DNA of 39,278 nt from Bacteroidota bacterium (GCA_024638525.1 JAHEKB010000001.1:1-39278), one strand, 5' to 3'; counted from the first letter of the stretch, positions 16,931 through 25,140 are shown. Numbers and translations are program-made. Notes: generated from the sequence alone by a model not told the origin.

Positions 16931-18780
16931 TGTATCTTTTTGCCTCTAAGTGCTTTGGCTATCGTCTCATCCATTGCTTTTTCTGCAAATTGACGACTGT
17001 ATTCATTCAGTGCGTCACAGCTATTAACGATAAGGTCCTTGTCTTTAGCATCAATGGCCTTTGCAATTTCGTCCTTGAGCTCGTTGATTTTGCTGATTTC
17101 TCCTTCATTCATCAAATGTTTATTGTCTTCAATGAATTTATTCATGCTGTAAATCAGTTGTTGGGCATCTGTTTTCGCTTCGACCAAGGAACGCTGGTCC
17201 ATATCTTCAGATGCGTGGTCAATGCTTGCCTTTAGCATCTCTTCAACTTCTTTGTCGCTCAATCCGTATTGAGGTTCCAATTTTACTTCTTGCTTTATGC
17301 CAGAACGCAATTCCACGGCACTAACTTTCAGAATGCCGTCTGCATCCAACATGAATTTCACCTCTATTTTTGGAAGGCCTGCTGGCATAGCCGGAATTCC
17401 TCTGAGCTCAAATTCACCTAAACATCTGTTGTCACGAACCAATTCGCGCTCACCTTGGTATACATTGATTTTTAAGTTGATTTGGCCATCTACGGATGTA
17501 GTGTATTGCCTGGCTACCTTCTGAGGGACTTTGGAGTTTCTCGGAAGGATAACATCCATTAGACCTCCCAAGGTCTCAATACCAAGCGATAAAGGGCTTA
17601 CATCAAGCAGAAGAAGATCTTTGCGATTACCCGCAAGGATATCAGCCTCAATGGCAGCACCAATGGCCACCACTTCATCAGGGTTTATACTATCATTAAT
17701 GCTTGACTGGTTAAAAAATGATGAAACAGCTTTCCTTACCTGCGGGTTTCTGACACTTCCTCCAACTAAGACCACTTCATCAATTGCCGAGGTATTGAGA
17801 TCGGCATCTTTTAATGCAGAGCTACAAGCCTCTATGGTGCGGTCCACCGCAGGTTTAATCAACTCAGTATAGCGATCACGACTTAGAGAAAGCGTTAGTT
17901 CTGAGCCTCCTATAGTCAAATCTGTTCTAAAGTGTTTCTTTTCGCTAAGCTCCACTTTTGCTTTTTCAGCAGTCAATCTCAATAATTGTCTCTCAGAAAT
18001 ACTGAGTTGTCCAAAATCATGAACCAATATCCACTCTTTAACGATAGCACGATCAAAATCATCTCCCCCTAGAAAAGTATCACCATGGGTACTCAGTACC
18101 TCAAAGATCCCATGCTGAATAGACAGAATGGATACATCGAACGTACCTCCTCCTAAGTCGTAAACAGCAACTGTTCTTGCTTCATCCGCTTTCAATCCAA
18201 TTCCATAGGCAAGACTAGCAGCTGTTGGCTCATTGACAATCCTCAGAACATCAAGACCGGCTAATTTTCCCGCATCTCTCGTCGCTTGTCTTTGAGAATC
18301 ATTAAAATAGGCCGGAACGGTAATAACTACTTTTTTGACTTCATTTTGAAGTTTTTCTTCCGCCACCCTCTTAAGCTCTTTTAGTATAAGCGCTGACAAC
18401 TCAATTGGACTGTATTGTTTACCTTGTATTCGTATTTTAATCAGGCGTTCTTCTCCTTCGTCTATGAGTTCATAATTGAAATAGTCTTTATTGGCTTCTA
18501 TGTCTTGGTATGATTTACCCATGAGCCGCTTAACAGAGTAAATGCAATTTTCCGGCTCTTGGATCATTTTTTCGATCGCCTCATGCCCAACGGATATATT
18601 TTCACCAAAATGCAGGGCAGAGGGTACTATGCTTTTGCCCTCTTTGGTAATGCAGAATGCTTTACCACTTTCAGAGTCGACAGTAGCGATAAGGCTATTG
18701 GTTGTGCCAAGATCTATACCTATAACTGAAGGTGACTTTTCAATGGTTCCGCTTGTGAGGTCTATCGAGATCTTGGCCAT
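16927..18780 (-). CDS. hscA: Hsp70-family Fe-S cluster assembly chaperone HscA
   Basis: It reads GIDLGTTNSLIA, VITVPAYFNDSQRQAT, DLGGGTFDVSIL, FEVLSTHGDTFLGGDDFD and LLLLDVSPLSLGIET. The HscA-type C-terminus ...FAEKAMDETIAKALRGKKI parallels E. coli HscA ...FAARRMD..VRRALKG.... Confidence 0.85.
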   Translation of the reverse strand: MAKISIDLTSGTIEKSPSVIGIDLGTTNSLIATVDSESGKAFCITKEGKSIVPSALHFGENISVGHEAIEKMIQEPENCIYSVKRLMGKSYQDIEANKDYFNYELIDEGEERLIKIRIQGKQYSPIELSALILKELKRVAEEKLQNEVKKVVITVPAYFNDSQRQATRDAGKLAGLDVLRIVNEPTAASLAYGIGLKADEARTVAVYDLGGGTFDVSILSIQHGIFEVLSTHGDTFLGGDDFDRAIVKEWILVHDFGQLSISERQLLRLTAEKAKVELSEKKHFRTDLTIGGSELTLSLSRDRYTELIKPAVDRTIEACSSALKDADLNTSAIDEVVLVGGSVRNPQVRKAVSSFFNQSSINDSINPDEVVAIGAAIEADILAGNRKDLLLLDVSPLSLGIETLGGLMDVILPRNSKVPQKVARQYTTSVDGQINLKINVYQGERELVRDNRCLGEFELRGIPAMPAGLPKIEVKFMLDADGILKVSAVELRSGIKQEVKLEPQYGLSDKEVEEMLKASIDHASEDMDQRSLVEAKTDAQQLIYSMNKFIEDNKHLMNEGEISKINELKDEIAKAIDAKDKDLIVNSCDALNEYSRQFAEKAMDETIAKALRGKKIQ

Positions 18781-18784
18781 GGCG

Positions 18785-18792
18785 CAAAAGTA
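18785..18792 (-). promoter_or_regulatory. Candidate -7 box (TACTTTTG) for hscA, 4 nt from the ATG
   Basis: The minus strand reads TACTTTTG-CGCC-ATG. The TTTGCGCCA element is shared with lpxH and the SBBP-like gene. Confidence 0.4.
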
Positions 18793-18852
18793 TTTATTTG
18801 AGTCCTTTGGAGCTAAACAATGAAGAAGGATTCATGTTCTTTTGGTAAGCAA

Positions 18853-18860
18853 TAGTTTTG
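18853..18860 (+). promoter_or_regulatory. Candidate -7 box (TAGTTTTG) for the DCC-family gene
   Basis: It is an exact TAnnTTTG match 36 nt upstream of the GTG start at 18897. Confidence 0.4.
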
Positions 18861-18896
18861 TAATTCCTGAAGAACGAACATGACATATCTCCGGTA

Positions 18897-19274
18897 GTGC
18901 TCTTTGACGGTTATTGCAACTTGTGCAATAGAAGCATTGACCTCTTGATTCGAATCGATTCGAACAGGATATTTAAGTATGCAAATCTCGAGTCGGAGTT
19001 TGCTAAATTGAACAATTTAACCAGCTTAGATGTGGAGAAGGATACGGTTATTCTCTTTAAAAAAGGAGAGACCTTCCTCGAATCAGATGCGGTGATTGAG
19101 ATAGCCAAGGATATTAAGTGGCCTTACAAGATATTGACCTACGGGCGATTTGTTCCCAAAAGCTGGCGAAATCAATTATACCGATGGATAGCACGAAATC
19201 GCTATAAGTGGTTTGGCAAGAAAGATAATTGTCGAGTCCCGGGTCCAGAAGAAAGAGAATTGTTTCTAGCTTAG
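18897..19274 (+). CDS. Thiol-disulfide oxidoreductase DCC family (DUF393)
   Basis: The N-terminal VLFDGYCNLCN carries the CxxC of the DCC family. The start is GTG; the upstream in-frame stop at 18861 leaves no ATG option. Confidence 0.8.
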   Translation: MLFDGYCNLCNRSIDLLIRIDSNRIFKYANLESEFAKLNNLTSLDVEKDTVILFKKGETFLESDAVIEIAKDIKWPYKILTYGRFVPKSWRNQLYRWIARNRYKWFGKKDNCRVPGPEERELFLA

Positions 19275-20303
19275 CTTATTGGCCAATTGCCCACAAGCAG
19301 CGTCTATGTCTTTTCCTCTACTTCTCCTGATGTTTACAATGATCTTACGGCTCTCTAAATAGCTTTTAAAGCGTTCTAGCTTTTGAGTTGAGCTCGCTTC
19401 ATAATCTGCTTGATCAATGGGATTGTATTCAATGAGGTTGACCTTGCACTTTATCTTTCGGGCAAAAGCGACCAACTCTTCAGCTTCTTCTGGATGATCA
19501 TTGATATCATTGATCACACAGTATTCCAAGGTTACCCTTGTTCCTGTTTTAGCATAGAAATAGTTTAGGGCTTCAACGAGATCTTCCAGTGGATTGCTAT
19601 CGTTGATAGGCATGATTTTACTTCGCTTTTCATTGTTAGCAGAATGAAGAGATAGAGCCAAATTAAACCTCACCTCATCGTCACCTAGCTTTTTAATCAT
19701 TTTAGAAATGCCGGCGGTTGAAAGGGTAAAACGGCTAGGGGACATGTTCAATCCATCTTGAGCCGTAATGTGCTTGATGCCGTTAAGTACATTGGCATAG
19801 TTGAGCAGTGGTTCTCCCATACCCATGAGCACTACATTGCTTAATGGACGGCCGTATTTTTCTTCAGACTCCGCTCTGAGAAGTGCTACTTGGTCGTAGA
19901 TTTCATCTGCCCGGAGATTCCGCTCTCTCTTCAAAAACCCAGTTGCGCAAAATGTGCAGCTCAGGCTACAGCCCACTTGAGATGAAATACATGCCGTTAC
20001 TCTGTCTTTTGAAGGGATAAGAACACCTTCTACCAAAAAACCATCATGTAGTCTAAAGGCATATTTTATGGTTCCATCACTGCTTATTTGGTGATTCGCA
20101 ATACTTATTGGAAAGATGTTATATTGATCTTGGAGTTGAGCTCGAAAATCTTTGGGAAGATTGCTCATCTGTTCAATGTCGCGCGCAGATTTATTCCAGA
20201 GCCATTCGTGAATCTGCTTTGCTCTGAATTTCGGCTGCTTGTAATCTGCAACCAGCGTCTCCAAAGCCTCGAGGTTTAGCTGTCTTAAGTCCTTTTTTTC
20301 CAT
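19266..20303 (-). CDS. rlmN: 23S rRNA / tRNA (adenine-C2)-methyltransferase RlmN (radical SAM)
   Basis: It reads KFRAKQIHEWLW, the radical-SAM motif CSLSCTFCATG, and MGMGEPL. The start is set at MEKKDLRQL (ATG at 20303) because the 12-codon extension in the ORF track runs through a terminator hairpin. Confidence 0.92.
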   Translation of the reverse strand: MEKKDLRQLNLEALETLVADYKQPKFRAKQIHEWLWNKSARDIEQMSNLPKDFRAQLQDQYNIFPISIANHQISSDGTIKYAFRLHDGFLVEGVLIPSKDRVTACISSQVGCSLSCTFCATGFLKRERNLRADEIYDQVALLRAESEEKYGRPLSNVVLMGMGEPLLNYANVLNGIKHITAQDGLNMSPSRFTLSTAGISKMIKKLGDDEVRFNLALSLHSANNEKRSKIMPINDSNPLEDLVEALNYFYAKTGTRVTLEYCVINDINDHPEEAEELVAFARKIKCKVNLIEYNPIDQADYEASSTQKLERFKSYLESRKIIVNIRRSRGKDIDAACGQLANKLS

Positions 20304-20330
20304 AAAAAAAGCCCCGCCCGAAGGCGAGGC
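20304..20330 (-). terminator. Rho-independent terminator after the Omp28-like gene
   Basis: The minus strand reads GCCTCGCC-TTCG-GGCGGGGC followed by TTTTTTT. That is an 8-bp GC-rich stem with one G-U pair, a UUCG tetraloop and a U7 tract. Confidence 0.8.
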
Positions 20331-20352
20331 TATCTTCATAGTATTTTAAGTA

Positions 20353-21216
20353 TTAATCAAAATCTTGGTTAGCACCAACTGCAACTCTTTGTACGTTGTA
20401 CACGAAAGAAGAAGAAAGTGAAGGATTCTGCAAGTTATTAGTAGTTTCAGAAATGAATGCGACAATGTCAAGATCATCTCCTAGACCAGCTAGGTTAGTG
20501 CTGAATGCAAATTCAGTCAAGCTACCTGCAGTAAGTGCTTCAGCTGAAATCTTGTCTCCAAGAGCTGCACTTAAAACGTTTCTTACAACATTGGTGTGAA
20601 CATAACCTCGGATAGGGTTACCCTTACCATAATAAGCATGGCCACTAACTCCATTGTAGTAGTTAGCTTGATCCCATCCTGTACCTGAACCAGTCATCTC
20701 ATCTTCAACAACCAATACGGTCAAGAAGTAGTTACCGGCTGGCATATCTGCTCCACCTATACCTAATTTTACTTTTAAGTTCAAGGTAGTTCCGCTTTTG
20801 TCGCTTGCATCTAAAGCAAGACCACATTTAGCAACTTCTTGCAATACCGCTTGAGTAGAAGCGTCCCAGGTTCCTCTATTAACAGCAGATCCACCGATTC
20901 TGTTGATCATACCTGTTGGGTAACCAGCAGCATAAGTGTCATCGATTTCGTCATCGAAGATATTGTCCATAGCATCACCAAGGTGATAAACTACAGTTGA
21001 AACGGCTGCTCCATATTTTGACTCGAGGTTATCTGAATAAACCTTCCCGTCTGGGCAGAATTGACACCATGCACCACTGAAATATTCCAATAGAACTTGT
21101 TGGGTGTAAGAAGTAGGGGCAGTTGATCCTCCATCGGAACCGTTTCCTCCTTCTTCGTCTTTACAGCTGAATAGCGCTACGCTTGCTATAAGTAAAAGTA
21201 ATGATAGTTTTTTCAT
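20353..21216 (-). CDS. Omp28-related outer-membrane lipoprotein with a thioredoxin-like CxxC motif
   Basis: It has the lipobox MKKLSLLLLIASVALFSC followed by a G/S/D-rich linker. The LLEYFSGAWCQFCPDG motif is as I recall it for the Omp28-related family. It is a monocistronic unit with its own promoter box and a strong terminator. Confidence 0.55.
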   Translation of the reverse strand: MKKLSLLLLIASVALFSCKDEEGGNGSDGGSTAPTSYTQQVLLEYFSGAWCQFCPDGKVYSDNLESKYGAAVSTVVYHLGDAMDNIFDDEIDDTYAAGYPTGMINRIGGSAVNRGTWDASTQAVLQEVAKCGLALDASDKSGTTLNLKVKLGIGGADMPAGNYFLTVLVVEDEMTGSGTGWDQANYYNGVSGHAYYGKGNPIRGYVHTNVVRNVLSAALGDKISAEALTAGSLTEFAFSTNLAGLGDDLDIVAFISETTNNLQNPSLSSSFVYNVQRVAVGANQDFD

Positions 21217-21239
21217 TGTCGTAAATCTATAATCGAGCC

Positions 21240-21247
21240 CAAAGATA
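21240..21247 (-). promoter_or_regulatory. Candidate -7 box (TATCTTTG) for the Omp28-like gene
   Basis: It is an exact TAnnTTTG match on the minus strand, 23 nt upstream of the ATG at 21216. Confidence 0.45.
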
Positions 21248-21300
21248 AGGTTTTGAGAAAACTAAAAAAGTCATAATTATGCGCTTTACAAAAGCCCGCC

Positions 21301-22455
21301 TTAATATGACACTTCATTGATAAACAGTTCTTTGCTGTCTGAAGACTCGCAACGCCCGATGATCTTTGCTTCAATTTTCAACGTATTAGCCCTCTGGATG
21401 AGCTCTGATGCCGCGGAAGGGTCGCAATAGATCTCAAGCCTATGACCCATATTAAATACTTCGAACATCTCCTTGCTGCTTGTTCCTGTGGTCTCTTGTA
21501 TGGTTTTAAATAGAGGAGGAATAGCTAGAAGATCGTCTTTAATGATGCGCAATGGCTTGTCTAAAAACTTCATCACCTTGGTTTGTGCACCACCAGTGCA
21601 ATGAATCATTCCGTGAATGGCATTGCTCAATTTTTGATCTTGTAGGATAGGAAGAAGCAATGGGGCATATGTTCTTGTTGGAGACAATAAAGCTTTTCCA
21701 ATGTTAACTTTTGTGCCTTCCAGCTGATCTGTCAGACTGAAATTTCCAGAGTAGACATAGTCTTCTTCCGTATTTTGATCAAATGATTCTGGATATTTTT
21801 CGTAATACTGATGTCCCAAAAGGTCATGTCTGCCGCTGGTCAAGCCATTAGAACCCATGCCGGCATTGTATTCTGTTTCATAGCTCGCTTGCCCGTATGA
21901 ACTGAAGCCAACAATCACATCTCCAGCTTGTATATCAACTTCTTTGATCTCAGAGCGAAGCGGGCGGCAACTGACCGTAGAATCGACAATGAGGGTTCTA
22001 ACTAAATCTCCCACATCTGCAGTTTCTCCACCTGTAAAGCTCATTTCAACCCCGTGCTCGGATAAGGTCTCAATGCAAGACTCAAAGCCTTCAATTACCT
22101 CTTTGATCACGGCACCAGGTATTAAGTGTTTGTTTCTTCCTATGGTATTAGACAATAAGAAGGGTCCGCTGGCACCTGTACAGATAATGTCATCCAAGTT
22201 CATGACCAATGCATCTTGGGCTATGCCTCGCCAAACTGAGATATCACCAGTTTCCTTCCAATAGATGTATGCCAATGAAGATTTTGTCCCCGCTCCATCG
22301 GCGTGCATAATGTTGCAATACAATGGATCTTGACCCATGTAGTCCTCTACTATTTTACAAAATGCATTGGGAAATAGACCTTTATCAATGTTGGATATGG
22401 CCTTGTGAACATCCTCTTTTTGTGAGGATACTCCACGTTTTTCGTACCTACTCAA
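21301..22455 (-). CDS. purM: Phosphoribosylformylglycinamidine cyclo-ligase (AIR synthase), long Bacteroidota type
   Basis: It reads SRYEKRGVSSQKEDVHKAI at the N-terminus, HADGAGTKSSLAY, and the PurM N/C domain layout. It starts with TTG; the conserved N-terminus excludes the next ATG at codon 40. Confidence 0.75.
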   Translation of the reverse strand: MSRYEKRGVSSQKEDVHKAISNIDKGLFPNAFCKIVEDYMGQDPLYCNIMHADGAGTKSSLAYIYWKETGDISVWRGIAQDALVMNLDDIICTGASGPFLLSNTIGRNKHLIPGAVIKEVIEGFESCIETLSEHGVEMSFTGGETADVGDLVRTLIVDSTVSCRPLRSEIKEVDIQAGDVIVGFSSYGQASYETEYNAGMGSNGLTSGRHDLLGHQYYEKYPESFDQNTEEDYVYSGNFSLTDQLEGTKVNIGKALLSPTRTYAPLLLPILQDQKLSNAIHGMIHCTGGAQTKVMKFLDKPLRIIKDDLLAIPPLFKTIQETTGTSSKEMFEVFNMGHRLEIYCDPSAASELIQRANTLKIEAKIIGRCESSDSKELFINEVSY

Positions 22456-22462
22456 TGTTTTC

Positions 22463-25048
22463 CTATTCAGGTTCTTTTAGTAACCAGATTGTACCTTCTT
22501 TGATCTCAAAATCTTCGTAGTCGTTGAAGGTATTATATCCAAGTACAAGCTTAGTTCGCTCTTCGGTCATCTTACATCTAACATTGGCAAAGACCAAATC
22601 TCCTATCTTCATCTCCGGGATGGTAAATGAAGTGCTATAAACCTTCATGCCATTTGGAAGCTTGATTTTTTTATCGCCGTCTTTGAAATTAGCAGTTGTA
22701 ATTTGTCCACCATTGAGCAATTGAACGACCACGTCTTGAGAGATCAGTGTTCTTCGCTCTTCACCATTGAACATCAACTTCAATTTTTTACGGCCTACGT
22801 ATGCATAGATACTACCTTCCCCTCTTGATGTAGTCATTGGGATCACATCGTATTTCTCCATAAGCGCTATACTGTCGGCTTGGGCTTGCGCCATTTGCTC
22901 TTCTAATTCTCTTGCCTGAAGGAAACTGTCGATGTTTCCTTTGGTATCAATGATATATTGACGTTGTTGAGTAAGCAGATAAGGACTATAGATAGATCCC
23001 TTACCCAAAAGGGCGGAATCGTTCCTCAATTCATAATCTATTCCTATAGACAGCACATCGAAGTTACAGTTCACAACCTTGACAGTAGTACGCCTATTTT
23101 GTTGGTGTTCATCTTCAGTACAATCTACTCTTCTGTTGCCCTCGCACTCGCAGTGATTCACCAATTGTGATTCTCCGTAGCCCCGAGCTTCTAGTCTAAA
23201 AGGATTTATATCGCCATTGTTGATCAAGTACGCAATGGCAGAATCAGCCCTTCTTTGCGACAGTGCTCTGTTGTATTCGAAATCTGCTCTACAATCCGTA
23301 TGTGAACCGAGCTCGACTTTCATTTTTGGATAGGTCTTCAATTTGGTGATCAGATCATCCAATATGGGCTTGGCATCATCCCTAATAAAGGACTCGTCCA
23401 AATCATAGTAGATGGGAAGTACAAAGACATCATTACATGTGTTTTCTAGGCAGAAATCCTTTATGTGTTGGCAATCCAGGGAATTTTCAACACCTTGGGT
23501 GCTTACGTATTGAGGTTTAGCATCGTAATAGTAGTCCGCTCTTTTACTCACCTCTATGGTGTAATTGGTATTGATGTTCAGAGGTGTTTCATAATAACCC
23601 TTTTCATCGGTCAAAAGCCTTATTTTATTAGTGTCGATATTGTTGCTGATGATAACGACCGCTTCTGATATGGCCGTTCCGCTATCACAGTCCGTCACTT
23701 GACCTTTGAGTGTACAGACAATAGGCTCCATGTGGAATTCATAGATATCGTCTTTTTCTTTCTTTCTGTTCGAAGTAAAATAACCGTCTTCCTTGGTCGG
23801 CTCCATAATGATCCCAAAATCATCAAAGGATGAATTGATAGGACTTTTCATATTAGTAGGGACATTCCAATCAGAAGGGCCTTCTCCGCTTTTTGATGAG
23901 TAGAAGATGTCCAATGCACCCATTCCCGGATGTCCGTCCGATGAAAAATACAGTGAACCGTCAGAATGCATATACGGGAACATCTCGTTTCCTTCAGTAT
24001 TGATCTGAGGACCGAGATTTATAGGATCACTCCAGGTTCTTCCTCTTCTAACATAAGTTACCATCCAGATGTCCTTTGTTGGGTTGACTGCTCCAGTGTC
24101 TCCATAACCGCCTGGTCTATCTGAGGCGAAGAACATGGTCTTGTCGTCGGATGATAAGGTTGGATGTCCATAATTCCATCTGTTGTCGCCTTCATCTTTG
24201 CAGAAATCCAGAGGCTCCTCCTCCATGGTATATCCAGTTCCCACTTTGCGCGCTTCGAAAATCTTGCAATTGGGTTCTTTGCCATCTTCACCGTTACATT
24301 GGGTGATATACATTTTGGAGTATCTCTTGTTAAATGCAATAACACCATCGTTGTATTTTGTGTTAAGTCCTTCAACTACTGTTGGCTGACCCCACTTTTC
24401 CTTGCCTCTTTTTCCTTCCATCTTCAACAACCAAACATCCGTGTGATATCTGCCGGTCCACGCGTAATTTTCCTTGCTTCTTCCATCTTCTCTATCTGAG
24501 GTAAACATGATGGTTTTTTGTCGCCTGTCCGACCACATGGGTGAGAAGTCGTCTGAGGCTGATTCATTTGCCGGTTTAAATTCTTCTACCGTATAGCGGG
24601 TTCTTTCTTCTTTCCACTTTAGTGCCGACTCGCATCCTTGAATCATGGTTTCGGCTCTTTCATCACCGGGTACCTCTTTTTGATATTTCTTGAAGTTGAC
24701 CAAGGCTTCTTCGAACTTACCTTGCTGTTTTTGAGCTTCGGCCAAGCGGTATATGACGATGGGATCCTTTACTCCATACTTGATTGCGCGTTCGAACATT
24801 TTTTCAGCGCGCTTGGAATCGTGATTCAACCGATAACATTCTGCTGCTTGAAAAACAGCCTTTTGCTTTTCAGCTCTATCATCAGACTCATTGGCAATTT
24901 CGACGTAGTAAGAAGCAGCTACGGCATACTCCTTTCCGTCAAAAGCATGGTCTGCTTTCTTCATGTTAACACCGCAAGAAGCGAGCACAAAAAGAACGGA
25001 AGCTAGGAAAAGGGTTGATTTATAATGTCTTAGCATGGTTGGGGACAT
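22463..25048 (-). CDS. Large OmpA-family lipoprotein with a novel ~200-aa C-terminal extension
   Basis: Lipobox: LFLASVLFVLASC. TPR-like helices: AEAQKQQGKFEEALVNFKKY. PD40-type repeats: MFTSDRE.., MFFASDRPGGYG, LYFSSDGHPGMG. CarbopepD_reg-like segment: LKGQVTDCDSGTAISEAVV. OmpA domain: IYYDLDESFIR...LGSHTDCRADFEYNRALSQRRADSAIAYL...GYGESQ. An extra 202 aa follows. An alternative start is ATG at 25036. Confidence 0.8.
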   Translation of the reverse strand: MSPTMLRHYKSTLFLASVLFVLASCGVNMKKADHAFDGKEYAVAASYYVEIANESDDRAEKQKAVFQAAECYRLNHDSKRAEKMFERAIKYGVKDPIVIYRLAEAQKQQGKFEEALVNFKKYQKEVPGDERAETMIQGCESALKWKEERTRYTVEEFKPANESASDDFSPMWSDRRQKTIMFTSDREDGRSKENYAWTGRYHTDVWLLKMEGKRGKEKWGQPTVVEGLNTKYNDGVIAFNKRYSKMYITQCNGEDGKEPNCKIFEARKVGTGYTMEEEPLDFCKDEGDNRWNYGHPTLSSDDKTMFFASDRPGGYGDTGAVNPTKDIWMVTYVRRGRTWSDPINLGPQINTEGNEMFPYMHSDGSLYFSSDGHPGMGALDIFYSSKSGEGPSDWNVPTNMKSPINSSFDDFGIIMEPTKEDGYFTSNRKKEKDDIYEFHMEPIVCTLKGQVTDCDSGTAISEAVVIISNNIDTNKIRLLTDEKGYYETPLNINTNYTIEVSKRADYYYDAKPQYVSTQGVENSLDCQHIKDFCLENTCNDVFVLPIYYDLDESFIRDDAKPILDDLITKLKTYPKMKVELGSHTDCRADFEYNRALSQRRADSAIAYLINNGDINPFRLEARGYGESQLVNHCECEGNRRVDCTEDEHQQNRRTTVKVVNCNFDVLSIGIDYELRNDSALLGKGSIYSPYLLTQQRQYIIDTKGNIDSFLQARELEEQMAQAQADSIALMEKYDVIPMTTSRGEGSIYAYVGRKKLKLMFNGEERRTLISQDVVVQLLNGGQITTANFKDGDKKIKLPNGMKVYSTSFTIPEMKIGDLVFANVRCKMTEERTKLVLGYNTFNDYEDFEIKEGTIWLLKEPE

Positions 25049-25115
25049 GGATGTCTTATAGAAACGTCAAAAATCAAAAATTCTATATCTAAAACCAAAT
25101 AAAACTTCCAAGCAC

Positions 25116-25140
25116 AAAAAACCCCCTGGAAACCAGGGGG
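25116..25140 (-). terminator. Rho-independent terminator after glnN
   Basis: The minus strand reads CCCCCTGG-TTT-CCAGGGGG followed by TTTTTT, a perfect 8-bp stem 22 nt after the glnN stop. Confidence 0.8.

Noticed and set aside
18941-18966. GATTCGAATCGATTCGAAC, which resembles a tRNA T-arm (GGTTCGAATCC-like) and is a short direct repeat.
   Set aside because: It lies inside the well-supported DCC-family CDS (encoding LIRIDSNR). It has no acceptor or anticodon stem context. No intergenic gap in the window shows tRNA-like structure.
20304-20339. A 12-codon 5' extension of rlmN (MKIASPSGGAFF).
   Set aside because: It is encoded by the GC-rich terminator stem-loop and U tract. RlmN homology starts at MEKKDLRQL.
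24058-24375. A same-strand 105-aa ORF in an alternative frame, plus several plus-strand ORFs (22958-23170, 23465-23668, 24164-24499, 24638-25006).
   Set aside because: All are embedded in the 861-aa OmpA-family CDS, which has continuous domain homology. They have no independent start context or recognisable domains.
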